Assembly: GCA_947305865.1 (NCBI GenBank)
Contig: CAMZEU010000002.1
Coordinates: 1,019 to 65,018 of the forward strand
Origin: an uncultured Clostridia bacterium
Lineage (GTDB): Bacteria > Bacillota > Clostridia > Christensenellales > CAG-917
Length of the DNA stretch: 64,000 nt
Direction: 5' to 3'
Positions 8,198 to 16,604 of this stretch are shown here, piece after piece. Position numbers and translations under genes: made by a program. The notes below the pieces were generated by a model. That model was given only the letters and a program-made list of their open reading frames with translations, did not search any database and had not been told where the DNA came from. Positions within the stretch are counted from its first letter, which is position 1, and each line of letters starts with the position of its first letter.

Positions 8198-10230
8198 TCT
8201 ATCTTTTTCTTCATTGTAAGAACATTGGCATTATTTTCGTAAGAATAAGTAACACTATCCATATTCTTCTTAACAAGGAAAATTCCTAGTCCACCAATTT
8301 CTCTATCTTTTGCAGGCAGTGTAATATCTGGATCGTTTTTATCTAATGGGTTATATATTTTGCCATTATCTTTTATGGAGATAATTATATCTTTATCTTC
8401 CTTTTGTATGCTTATTTCAACCTTTCCTTCTTTGTCTCCATATGCATAATTAGCAATGTTAGTGAAGGCCTCATCAACTGCTAATATGATTTGTTTTTCG
8501 GTTTTTTCAGGGCAATCGTTTTCTTTTAAGAAAGAAGATATAAATGAAGTTACCTGAGAAAGGTTATCTGTATTTGCATATACATCAAGTTCTTTTGCAT
8601 AATTTTTGCCTAATTGTATGCAGAGCATTGTTAAGTCATCGAATTGAGGAGCATCTCCAACAAATTCAAAGACACTTTCTTTTACGCCTTCTATTATTCT
8701 TTGTGCAGATTTGTTCTTATTTACATTAAGTGTTCTTAACATATTGTTAAGAGTATACATCTTTTTGTTTGCATCAGTTGCTTCTGGCACACCATCTGTA
8801 TATAAGAATATCTTGTCCCCTTTGTTAAGCTTAAATTCGAAATCCTTATATTTAACTCCTGGCATTGTTCCAACTAATACACCGTGTTTAGTCTTGAGTA
8901 AATCAAATGTGCCAGAGTCTTGATGATATATTGCTGCATCATCATGTCCGCCATTAGCAGCTATAACTTTGCCAGTAGATATCTCAAGTATTCCTAACCA
9001 TAACGTTACAAACATATCCGCTTGGTTATGTTCACATAGACGGTTATTAACTTTTTCTAGTATTTCACCAGGTGTGCCACCAGCCTTAGCTATTTCAGAA
9101 ATAAGAATGTTGGTTACCATCATAAATAATGCTGCTGGAACTCCTTTGCCAGATACATCACCAATTACAAAAGCCAAATGGTCATCATCAATTAAGAAGA
9201 AGTTAAATAGGTCACCACCAATTTCTTTTGCGGGTATCATTGCACCATATATGTCAAAGTCGTTTCTATCCGGGAATGCAGGGAAACTATTTGGAATAGA
9301 TGCTTCCTGTATAGATGTTGCAACAGATAATTCTGCTGCTACTTTTTCCTTTTCTGCTGTCGCCTTTGTAATAGCATCAATGTAATTAAGCATATCTGTT
9401 TCCATTGTATCAATGGAATGTGCAAGGTTTGCTATCTCTTTAAACTTGCTTACATCACCAATAGGATCACTCTTTGAGTTCTCGCTTGCAAAACGAGTTG
9501 CCTCAGAGGATATTTGTCTAATAGGACGGATGAATGCTTTTCTAATAAATATGATATAGAAGAGGGCTGCAAGTAATGCCATACCAAGAGCAGCTAAAGC
9601 AGTATAGTCCATGAATTTTTGTCTTGCATGTGATATTCCATCCATGGTTCTATGTATACACATAAGAGCAACAACTTTGCCATTAGAATCTTTAACAGGA
9701 GCAATTGTTGTAATGTGTGGTTTTTGTCCGTCTGTTGTTTTTGCTCTAAAGACTGTTTCATACGGACTTCCATTCTCATATATATTTATATATTTTTGAC
9801 GGTATTCTTCATTTGTTGTATTACGTTTGAAACCAAGTTCCCATGGAGTATAGTTTGTATTTTCAACTTCGTTATTTACGGCATTGAATATGGATACAAA
9901 ACTATTATAATCACTTGTATCTACCTTAATTAAATAAAGAATAGTAACTCTAATCTTTTTTACATAAGTATTGAGATTTGCATTTGTCTTTTCCCATTCT
10001 GCTGTTTCGTTGCCAGCGAGATAGTCATCTATGTGGTCTCCATTTACCAAAGATGTGGCGGTATCTGCCATATAGTATGTGGTTTCGGTTACCTCTTTAG
10101 TATATGAATCATTAAAAGCATAATAACCCAAGCTTGTTATAATAATGCTGAATATTACAAGTAATACTACAACAACACCAATGATAACAGCAGATAAATT
10201 GAAATATATTCTACGAGATGGTTTCTTCAT
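8194..10230 (-). CDS. membrane sensor PP2C (SpoIIE/RsbU-type) phosphatase fused to an RsbW/SpoIIAB-like HATPase domain
   Basis: 678 aa. TM helix, ~190-aa extracytoplasmic region, second TM helix, then a HAMP-like segment (FIRPIRQISSEATRFA). PP2C motifs GGDLFNF, VIGDVSGKGVPAALFM, LYTDGVPEA, DDLTMLCIQ. The C-terminal kinase-like domain carries EAFTNIANYAY (N-box), IKDNGKIYNP and GGLGIFLVKK. Confidence 0.85.
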   Translation of the reverse strand: MKKPSRRIYFNLSAVIIGVVVVLLVIFSIIITSLGYYAFNDSYTKEVTETTYYMADTATSLVNGDHIDDYLAGNETAEWEKTNANLNTYVKKIRVTILYLIKVDTSDYNSFVSIFNAVNNEVENTNYTPWELGFKRNTTNEEYRQKYINIYENGSPYETVFRAKTTDGQKPHITTIAPVKDSNGKVVALMCIHRTMDGISHARQKFMDYTALAALGMALLAALFYIIFIRKAFIRPIRQISSEATRFASENSKSDPIGDVSKFKEIANLAHSIDTMETDMLNYIDAITKATAEKEKVAAELSVATSIQEASIPNSFPAFPDRNDFDIYGAMIPAKEIGGDLFNFFLIDDDHLAFVIGDVSGKGVPAALFMMVTNILISEIAKAGGTPGEILEKVNNRLCEHNQADMFVTLWLGILEISTGKVIAANGGHDDAAIYHQDSGTFDLLKTKHGVLVGTMPGVKYKDFEFKLNKGDKIFLYTDGVPEATDANKKMYTLNNMLRTLNVNKNKSAQRIIEGVKESVFEFVGDAPQFDDLTMLCIQLGKNYAKELDVYANTDNLSQVTSFISSFLKENDCPEKTEKQIILAVDEAFTNIANYAYGDKEGKVEISIQKEDKDIIISIKDNGKIYNPLDKNDPDITLPAKDREIGGLGIFLVKKNMDSVTYSYENNANVLTMKKKID

Positions 10231-10247
10231 ATATTATTCCTTATTCA

Positions 10248-11375
10248 TTAAAAAGATAATGAGTCTGTGACAGGTACTAATTCTGTTAAGAGCTTCTTAC
10301 AATGTTCTTCAACAACATCATTGTTTAATTTGTGTTTTATGGATCTACGTAGCATTCTTGTATATGCAATAATTCTAGCCTTATCTACAACGCCATTTAT
10401 GTAAGCATCATCTTTATTGTTGAAATAGCACTTTAAGGACTTGTTCCAGAATGCCCTAATAGTATCATAGTCTACATTGAAGAATCGCTTGGAATCGCTA
10501 TGATCAATTTCACTATATCCATGATATGTTATATACATTTGAGCAAATTCAAAGACAACATGCCCAAGAGAAAGGGTATCCATATCTATTAAAAGATTTT
10601 CTTCTCCTTGTCTCATAATATTTTTAATATGATAATCTCCATGAATCATATTATTTGTTTCAGGAATTTCTTTGAATAATTTAACAAGTTTTTCTCCAAC
10701 TTCTTTTGGAAGATATGGAACACAATATTCTGCCCATTTAATTCCTTCAATTTTTTTGTTAGGAAGTTCGCCATTCTTAAGAGTTGTGGAATGGATAATC
10801 TTTAATATGGTTACGCTTTCTTTAACAAGTTCATCTATATCTCCATCTTCTTCAAGTAATACTGCAAAAGATTTTGCATTTAGCATTTCAAATACAGAAC
10901 CGTATAAATCTCCAACTTTAACAACATCATATGGAATAGCTGTTGGAATTCCCATAACAAATGCTTTTCTGGCAAGCTCTCTTTCTTTGTTAATTTCATT
11001 AAGAGAATCTGGCATTTTATATACTTTAACAATGGTGTCTGGATCTGTTCTGTATACAATACCATTTGCACCTTCTCCAATAATTTCACAATTATCTATG
11101 GAGATTTTTCTATATGCCTTAGTTATTTCCATCATTTCTGAAAAACCTGTCATATCAAAAATATCATAGACATCTGAATTGCAGTTTATAACTTTGGTAT
11201 TAGGGATTTGTTTCTTTAAACGTAAAATAACTCTAAGACCTGCACTTGAGATATATTCTAGTTCATCTGCATCGAGTACTAATTCGTCTACATTATTACC
11301 GAGTTGCTCGTTAATATTCATTTCGGTTTCTGCTGCATTAGAGGAATCAATTCTTCCTTTTAGTTGAATTACCAT
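10248..11375 (-). CDS. STAS (anti-sigma-factor antagonist) domain fused to a protein-kinase / aminoglycoside-phosphotransferase-like domain
   Basis: 375 aa. The N-terminus (LKGRIDSSNAAE...ELVLDADELEYISSAGLRVILRL...DIFDMTGF) is STAS-like and keeps the conserved Ser in SSAGL. The remainder has IGEGANGIVYR...VKVYK (G-loop and Lys), HGDYHIKNIM (catalytic loop) and LIDMDT. Confidence 0.8.
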   Translation of the reverse strand: MVIQLKGRIDSSNAAETEMNINEQLGNNVDELVLDADELEYISSAGLRVILRLKKQIPNTKVINCNSDVYDIFDMTGFSEMMEITKAYRKISIDNCEIIGEGANGIVYRTDPDTIVKVYKMPDSLNEINKERELARKAFVMGIPTAIPYDVVKVGDLYGSVFEMLNAKSFAVLLEEDGDIDELVKESVTILKIIHSTTLKNGELPNKKIEGIKWAEYCVPYLPKEVGEKLVKLFKEIPETNNMIHGDYHIKNIMRQGEENLLIDMDTLSLGHVVFEFAQMYITYHGYSEIDHSDSKRFFNVDYDTIRAFWNKSLKCYFNNKDDAYINGVVDKARIIAYTRMLRRSIKHKLNNDVVEEHCKKLLTELVPVTDSLSF

Positions 11376-11386
11376 ATTAAAACTCC

Positions 11387-11950
11387 TTATTTATGGGAAT
11401 CAAATATCTTCTTAAAGATATGTCTATATTCTTTATATGCTGCGTAATCAGACAATTCTTTTGTGTATTCAAGAATTGTTGCATGATACCATCTTTGTTC
11501 TTTTGGATCTTTTTCGTTGAAGGCCTTAAATACATCGAGACCAATGTCCTCATATATTCTTAGAAGAGAGCGCATATTGGACAGTTTGTCTGCAATCCAA
11601 ATCATCTTGCTTTCAATACTACAATCTTTTAATACTGCCAGGCTTTCTTCTTTTCTAATTTTCCATGTTTTTGCTGCGCTTTGTTCAGGGCGTTTATTTT
11701 CTGTCTCATGAGCAACGAGATTTGCAATTCTATCTCCAAATGTGGCTCTAATATCTTCTGCAGTTACTGGAGTATCTTCAACTGTATCATGTAAAACGGC
11801 AGCAGCAAGAATGTCTTCATCCTTTGTCATTGTGCTAACAATTGCAGCAGTTTCTAAAGGATGTAGAATGTACATAGTACCATCTTTTCTAAATTGTCCT
11901 TTGTGTGCTTGGAAGGCAAACTGAACAGCTTTATCAAAAATTTCACCCAT
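11387..11950 (-). CDS. HD-domain (p)ppGpp-hydrolase-like protein (RelA/SpoT hydrolase domain only)
   Basis: MGEIFDKAVQFAFQAHKGQFRKDGTMYILHPLETAAIVS...AAVLHDTVEDTPVTAEDIRATFGDRIANLVAHETENK. The start is set at ATG 11950 (AACGGAG SD upstream). The ORF-track extension to 12121 runs into tRNA-Val. Confidence 0.8.
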   Translation of the reverse strand: MGEIFDKAVQFAFQAHKGQFRKDGTMYILHPLETAAIVSTMTKDEDILAAAVLHDTVEDTPVTAEDIRATFGDRIANLVAHETENKRPEQSAAKTWKIRKEESLAVLKDCSIESKMIWIADKLSNMRSLLRIYEDIGLDVFKAFNEKDPKEQRWYHATILEYTKELSDYAAYKEYRHIFKKIFDSHK

Positions 11951-12072
11951 TTTTAAACTCCGTTCTTTTTTACATATATTAGCATATATTAGATAAAAAA
12001 GAAAGATTGAGAAGTGCGGGGAAAAGATAAAATAAAAAATCCTCCCACGATATGTAGAAGGACTTTTCATTT

Positions 12073-12149
12073 TGGTGGAGGTTATAGGGCTCGAACCTAT
12101 GACCCCTTGCTTGTAAGGCAAGTGCTCTGACCAACTGAGCTAAACCTCC
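12073..12149 (-). tRNA. tRNA-Val (anticodon TAC), CCA encoded
   Basis: Reverse complement: GGAGGTTTAGCTCAGTTGGTCAGAGCACTTGCCTTACAAGCAAGGGGTCATAGGTTCGAGCCCTATAACCTCCACCA. Clean cloverleaf; anticodon loop CTTACAA. Confidence 0.85.
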
Positions 12150-12153
12150 ATCT

Positions 12154-12228
12154 TGGTGACTCTGCCGGGATTCGAACCCGGGTGACCGCCGTGAAAGGGC
12201 GGTGTCTTAACCGCTTGACCACAGAGCC
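12154..12228 (-). tRNA. tRNA-Glu (anticodon TTC), CCA encoded
   Basis: Reverse complement: GGCTCTGTGGTCAAGCGGTTAAGACACCGCCCTTTCACGGCGGTCACCCGGGTTCGAATCCCGGCAGAGTCACCA. Anticodon loop CTTTCAC. Confidence 0.85.
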
Positions 12229-12246
12229 ATATTCGCATATTTCGGT

Positions 12247-12324
12247 TGGTAGCGGCAGATGGATTCGAACCGTCGACCTGTCGGGTATGAACCGACCGCT
12301 CTAGACCAACTGAGCTATGCCGCC
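12247..12324 (-). tRNA. tRNA with CAT anticodon, elongator-Met-like (Ile2/lysidine type not excluded), CCA encoded
   Basis: Reverse complement: GGCGGCATAGCTCAGTTGGTCTAGAGCGGTCGGTTCATACCCGACAGGTCGACGGTTCGAATCCATCTGCCGCTACCA. Anticodon loop TTCATAC. One C-A mismatch in the T stem (GACGG/CCATC). Confidence 0.75.
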
Positions 12325-12331
12325 ATACTGG

Positions 12332-12407
12332 TGGTAGCGGGGGAAGGACTCGAACCAACGACCTTCAGGTTATGGGCCTGACGAGCTACCGACTGCTCTA
12401 CCCCGCA
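12332..12407 (-). tRNA. initiator-like tRNA (anticodon CAT) with atypical features, CCA encoded
   Basis: Reverse complement: TGCGGGGTAGAGCAGTCGGTAGCTCGTCAGGCCCATAACCTGAAGGTCGTTGGTTCGAGTCCTTCCCCCGCTACCA. Closely colinear with bacterial tRNA-fMet (CGCGGGG...GCTCGTCGGGCTCATAACCCGAAGGTCG...CCCCCGCAACCA). Differences: apparent U1/U72 mismatch, A29:U41 in the anticodon stem, and two U-U oppositions in the T stem. Confidence 0.65.
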
Positions 12408-12423
12408 TCGATTATGCTTGATT

Positions 12424-12452
12424 ATATTATGATATTTGCCTATATTTGTCAA
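12424..12452 (-). promoter_or_regulatory. promoter of the tRNA cluster (minus strand)
   Basis: Read on the minus strand: TTGACA (12452-12447), 17-nt spacer, TAATAT (12429-12424). The first tRNA 5' end is at 12407. Confidence 0.6.
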
Positions 12453-12495
12453 CCGATTATTTCATAAATATTTTGTAAAATCTTAATATTTTCTG

Positions 12496-12524
12496 TTGAC
12501 AGCGCGAAATATAAAATGTATTAT
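12496..12524 (+). promoter_or_regulatory. promoter of the PadR operon
   Basis: TTGACA (12496-12501), 17-nt spacer, TATTAT (12519-12524). It is divergent from the tRNA promoter. Confidence 0.6.
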
Positions 12525-12568
12525 GTATGTAAACAGATTAAATACTTAAACCTTTTAATGGAGTAGTT

Positions 12569-12907
12569 ATGGTAAGTGCAGATGTTTTAAGAGGATATAC
12601 TGAAACAGTTATTCTAAGGAAGTTAATGGAAGGAGATGCATATGGGTATGAAATATCCCATATGATTTCTGAAGTTAGCGGTGGAGAGATTGATATCAAA
12701 GATGCAACTATTTACATTGCTTTCAGAAGAATGGAAGAGAATGAATTAATTAAGGCATACTGGGGAAACGATGAGACTGGTGGTGCCAGAAGAAGATATT
12801 ACACCATAACTGAAAAAGGAAAGGAATACTATTTAGCTAAATCTAGCGAATGGTTGAAGATAAATAAAATATTAATGAAATTGATAATAGGAGACGAGCA
12901 AAAATGA
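12569..12907 (+). CDS. PadR family transcriptional regulator
   Basis: 112 aa. YGYEISHMISEVSGGEIDIKDATIYIAFRRMEENELIKAYW...RRRYYTITEKGKEYY is the PadR winged-helix signature. The stop overlaps the next start (ATGA at 12904). Confidence 0.85.
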   Translation: MVSADVLRGYTETVILRKLMEGDAYGYEISHMISEVSGGEIDIKDATIYIAFRRMEENELIKAYWGNDETGGARRRYYTITEKGKEYYLAKSSEWLKINKILMKLIIGDEQK

Positions 12908-13689
12908 GTTTGGAACAGAGATTTAAAAATTATCTATATGAGCATTTTCATTTTATAAAAGCAACACAATATGCTTTAGACTATAAAGAGGAAGTTTATT
13001 CAACTTTATTAGATCATGCACAATCATACAAAGATGCTGGAGAAACAGATGAAGATGTTATTTATGAAAAGAGTATTTCTTCATTAGGAGATATTAAATT
13101 AACACTCACTTCATTTGAAAAGAATAGTGATGATGTAAAGAGAGTGGCTATAAAAGCATCTAAGATTACTCTTATATCTGTTGCAGTAATGTTCTTAATT
13201 ACTGTTGCATATCTTGTAACTAGTTTAGTTACAAAAGCATGGAGCAAGACATGGGTAATGGAAGTTGGCGGAGCATTTTTAATAGTAATAACAAACTTAA
13301 TTATTGGAATGATTCCATTGGTAAAATATAAAAAATATATGTTGCTTAGATTCTCTGTTGGAACAATAACAACGCTGCTATATATAACAGTTTACTTATT
13401 ATTAGTTGTGCTCGTACCAGAATATATTAGTAGAACATGGCTTATATTCTTCTTAATGATATTATCTTGGTTCATTGCCGATATAATTATCTGTTACACA
13501 GGTGGACTTAAGGTATGGGGATTTGTAAGTCTTTTGTTCTTAGTCTTGTTATTGGGTGTATTCTTATACGTAGGATTAGCATTGTTAGGAGTTATTACAT
13601 GGTCCATATACTGGGTACTTCCAGTTGCAGCAGCAGCATTAGACCTATTATTAATTGCAATTGTTGTTGCACTAAAACATAAAAAATAA
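12904..13689 (+). CDS. PadR-linked multi-pass membrane protein (soluble helical N-terminal prefix plus about 5 TM helices)
   Basis: 261 aa. The N-terminal ~70 aa (RFKNYLYEHFHFIKATQYALDYKEEVYSTLLDHAQSYKDAGETDEDVIYEKSISSLGD) resemble the helical prefix region of PadR-operon membrane proteins (DUF1700 or permease-prefix type). Hydrophobic helices follow. Paralogous to the next gene. Confidence 0.6.
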   Translation: MSLEQRFKNYLYEHFHFIKATQYALDYKEEVYSTLLDHAQSYKDAGETDEDVIYEKSISSLGDIKLTLTSFEKNSDDVKRVAIKASKITLISVAVMFLITVAYLVTSLVTKAWSKTWVMEVGGAFLIVITNLIIGMIPLVKYKKYMLLRFSVGTITTLLYITVYLLLVVLVPEYISRTWLIFFLMILSWFIADIIICYTGGLKVWGFVSLLFLVLLLGVFLYVGLALLGVITWSIYWVLPVAAAALDLLLIAIVVALKHKK

Positions 13690-13711
13690 GAAAGGAAAAA
13701 CGGAGGGTGTT

Positions 13712-14563
13712 ATGATAGATCGTTTTAAAAGATATTTAGAAAGAGAATTCAGGGCAATTAAGCCAACCAAAGCCGCCTATGAGCTTCGTGAGGAAATGCT
13801 TACACAATTACTCGAGAAAGAGCAAGACTTAAGAATCAAGGGGATGACAGACGATGACTTAATATATGATATGTGCATTGATTCATTAGGAGATGTAAGA
13901 CAATCCTTAATAGACTTTGAAAACCGTTCAAAGAAAGCAAAAACAGCAAAGAGAAATGTGATACTTGGATTAATAATTTCTGTTGCATTTGTAATAACAA
14001 TAGTAGCAGCTTATTTAATAACAAGTTTCGCACTAGGCAATGCATGGGGAAAGACATGGTTAATTATTGTTGGTGGTTTATTCTTTGGTGCGGCAGCTGT
14101 TTCAACACTATTTGGCGCAATCTTATTAAAGAAAAAGAAATATTTAATATCTCAAATCTTTATAGATATAGATATAGTTTTATTAACAGTTTTCGTTTTC
14201 TTAGTCCTTCAAATACTCTTTGGATTTAACAAATCCTGGCTTGCATTCCTTGTAATGGTTGTATTAATAGTTGGTGTATGTCCTGTAATGATGGATATTG
14301 CTGGATTAAAGTTAAAGTATTTAGGTTATGCTGCATTTATTGAAGTGTTCTTTGTAATGCTTTATATAATTTTAGGAATAACAATGGGATTATGGCATCC
14401 ATATTGGATTCTTTGCTTAGCAGGCATAATAATAGACGTTATTTTATTAGGAGTTCTTGTTGGAATTAGAAATGCTAAGAAAAAGAAGGCAGAACAAGAT
14501 GAGATTCAAGAACATGATATAGACGAAGATGAAGAATACTACACAATGTGGAAGGACAGATAA
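13712..14563 (+). CDS. paralogue of the preceding PadR-linked membrane protein, with an acidic C-terminal tail
   Basis: 283 aa with the same layout: FKRYLEREFRAIKPTKAAYELREEMLTQLLEKEQDLRIKGMTDDDLIYDMCIDSLGD, then TM helices containing the shared ...AWGKTWL... / ...AWSKTWV... motif. Tail: KKKKAEQDEIQEHDIDEDEEYY. Confidence 0.6.
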   Translation: MIDRFKRYLEREFRAIKPTKAAYELREEMLTQLLEKEQDLRIKGMTDDDLIYDMCIDSLGDVRQSLIDFENRSKKAKTAKRNVILGLIISVAFVITIVAAYLITSFALGNAWGKTWLIIVGGLFFGAAAVSTLFGAILLKKKKYLISQIFIDIDIVLLTVFVFLVLQILFGFNKSWLAFLVMVVLIVGVCPVMMDIAGLKLKYLGYAAFIEVFFVMLYIILGITMGLWHPYWILCLAGIIIDVILLGVLVGIRNAKKKKAEQDEIQEHDIDEDEEYYTMWKDR

Positions 14564-14566
14564 GAT

Positions 14567-15862
14567 ATGAAACAAAGACTAAAGGCAGAAATGTGGGATA
14601 AAATGCAATACCTGTTTAGGAATTACTATGACAGGATGGTTCATTGCGTAATATATTTTGATTCCATAATTAATGTAGAAATATTAAAACAATGCTTAAT
14701 ATTTATTAACGAAAAGAATCCAGTATTACATTCATCATTCCATTATGATGTAGTAGACCCATATTGGGAAGTTGAAAAATATGTTATAGATGATTTCTTA
14801 ATTATTAAAGACTCTGAAGATGTTGAGAAAGATGTTAATGAACATATAACACAAAGTATTCCTGTAGACAACAATGCTCAATATCGTATCGGATTGTATA
14901 ACAAAGATGGGAAAACCACTTTTGCAATGATAATTAACCATATGTGCTGTGATGGCGGTGATCTCAAGTATTTCATCAGACATCTTGCAGAATGCTACAC
15001 AAAGCTTTTAAACGGCCAAAAGGACCTTAATTTTAAAGGTGGCAATAGAAGTTATAATGCGGTATATTCCAAGATGAATGAGAAAGATGAAAAATACGCA
15101 AAAGGTTTATACAAGAATATTAGCACAGTTGAAGATAAGAATAAGTTCCCACTTACACCAGCCAGCGCAGAAGATAAATGTATGATTTGCAGAAGGAAAA
15201 CAAGTGAAGATTCCTTTAAGAATATATACAAGATTGGAAAGAGTATGGGAGTAACTGTAAATGATATGATGTTGGCTTTTTATATGAGAGCTTTATATGA
15301 TATCGCAGACAAGAATCCTAATGAGACAATCTCTGTGCCATGTATGGTTGATCTTAGAAGATATATCGAAGGTGGTGGCGAGAAAGGTGGATTAACAAAC
15401 CACACAGGCTTTATGCAATGTACAACAAAGGAAAAGGGCGAGACAATTAACGACACTTTAATCAATGTCTTGCATTCTATTAGAAAGAATAAGAAAGACA
15501 GATTCATGGGCTTATATTCCTTACCACTTCTAAAACTTGCATATACTATTTTACCATTTACGGTAAGTGAATTTGCCATTAAACTAGGCTACTCAAATCC
15601 ATTAATCGGTATGAGTAATATAGGCTTATTAAAGGAACAAGACCTTATGTTTGGAACTGCTAAACCTATTGACGCATTTATGACTGGTGCTATAAAATAT
15701 AAGCCGTATATGCAACTTGCCCTTACCACATTTAATAACAAAATCACTATGACAATTGCTATTCGTGGCAACGAGGAAGATGAAAAAATAGTTAATAAAT
15801 TCTTCGATTTAATAGAGAAAAATATGGAAGATTTTATTGAACTTAACAAAAGCAGGATATAG
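14567..15862 (+). CDS. condensation-domain / WS-DGAT-like acyltransferase superfamily protein (HxxxDG motif)
   Basis: 431 aa, soluble. FAMIINHMCCDGGDLKYF carries the HxxxDG catalytic motif of the CoA-dependent acyltransferase / NRPS C-domain superfamily at the expected ~130-aa position. Confidence 0.5.
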   Translation: MKQRLKAEMWDKMQYLFRNYYDRMVHCVIYFDSIINVEILKQCLIFINEKNPVLHSSFHYDVVDPYWEVEKYVIDDFLIIKDSEDVEKDVNEHITQSIPVDNNAQYRIGLYNKDGKTTFAMIINHMCCDGGDLKYFIRHLAECYTKLLNGQKDLNFKGGNRSYNAVYSKMNEKDEKYAKGLYKNISTVEDKNKFPLTPASAEDKCMICRRKTSEDSFKNIYKIGKSMGVTVNDMMLAFYMRALYDIADKNPNETISVPCMVDLRRYIEGGGEKGGLTNHTGFMQCTTKEKGETINDTLINVLHSIRKNKKDRFMGLYSLPLLKLAYTILPFTVSEFAIKLGYSNPLIGMSNIGLLKEQDLMFGTAKPIDAFMTGAIKYKPYMQLALTTFNNKITMTIAIRGNEEDEKIVNKFFDLIEKNMEDFIELNKSRI

Positions 15863-15918
15863 CAAAACAATATAGTTAAAATACTAAAAATAAATAGATA
15901 AAATACCGATATTGCAAA

Positions 15919-16560
15919 ATGAACGAAGAGAATACACAAGCTATTGAAACAGTAGAAACATCATCCGAGGGGAAACCTTTAGAGGTGATTTCTGTATCTG
16001 TTGACTCAACAGAAAAAAAGAAAAGAGTCGCATTAGTTTTCTCTTTCATTTGGACAATTATTTCGATTATTTATTCCATAACAATGACGGCTTATTTGAT
16101 GAGCCAGAACTGGGTATCTACAACATTTACTATTGTTCTTTCAGTATTGCTTGTATTCTTTATCCTTATAGTTCTTGTTTTAACAGGCTTATTCTTTACA
16201 GATATGAATAAGTTCAAAGACAATGGGAAAGGGTTAAAGATAGTTGGATTTTTGATTAAGTTATTTAAGGCTGGATTAAATATTACCTTCGTTGCTCTTA
16301 CTATTATCGCCATTGCTGGTATGTCTTACAATGGTGTTGATACAATTAAGAAATGGGCTGTTCTTCTTGCAACATTATTTGTGGCTGTTATTAAACTCGT
16401 ATTGGTTGTTGTAACATTCTTTGCTCCTAAGATTATTAAGAGGAAGTTCTCAAAAGGTACATATAGCAAGACTACATTTGTTAACGGAAAGAAGAATGAA
16501 AAGAAACATAAGAAAACTAATAAACTTTTACAGAAACTTACCGAGTGGAGTTCAAAATAA
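15919..16560 (+). CDS. hypothetical membrane protein (4 TM helices, Lys-rich C-terminal tail)
   Basis: 213-aa ORF with hydrophobic helices, tail KKNEKKHKKTNKLLQK, and a terminator immediately downstream. Confidence 0.55.
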   Translation: MNEENTQAIETVETSSEGKPLEVISVSVDSTEKKKRVALVFSFIWTIISIIYSITMTAYLMSQNWVSTTFTIVLSVLLVFFILIVLVLTGLFFTDMNKFKDNGKGLKIVGFLIKLFKAGLNITFVALTIIAIAGMSYNGVDTIKKWAVLLATLFVAVIKLVLVVVTFFAPKIIKRKFSKGTYSKTTFVNGKKNEKKHKKTNKLLQKLTEWSSK

Positions 16561-16565
16561 AAAAC

Positions 16566-16588
16566 CTGGCATTGTGCCAGATTTTTTT
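16566..16588. terminator. bidirectional intrinsic terminator
   Basis: CTGGCA - TTG - TGCCAG (16566-16580), with an A-run on the left and a T-run (16582-16588) on the right. It lies between convergent genes. Confidence 0.65.
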
Positions 16589-16604
16589 ATTAAGTGTTTA
16601 AATT

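Noticed and set aside
10672-11169. 165-aa plus-strand ORF inside the STAS::kinase-like gene. The same applies to 60248-60790 inside metG, 8969-9385 inside the PP2C gene and 4208-4615 opposite trxB.
   Set aside because: They are antisense to genes with unambiguous family motifs. Their Ser/Leu/Ile-rich composition is typical of antisense frames.
11951-12358. N-terminal extension of the HD gene to 12121, and the 72-aa minus-strand ORF 12140-12358.
   Set aside because: Both are translations of the tRNA cluster. For example, MPYKQGVIGSSPITSTK is tRNA-Val read as protein. The cloverleaf structures explain the sequence.
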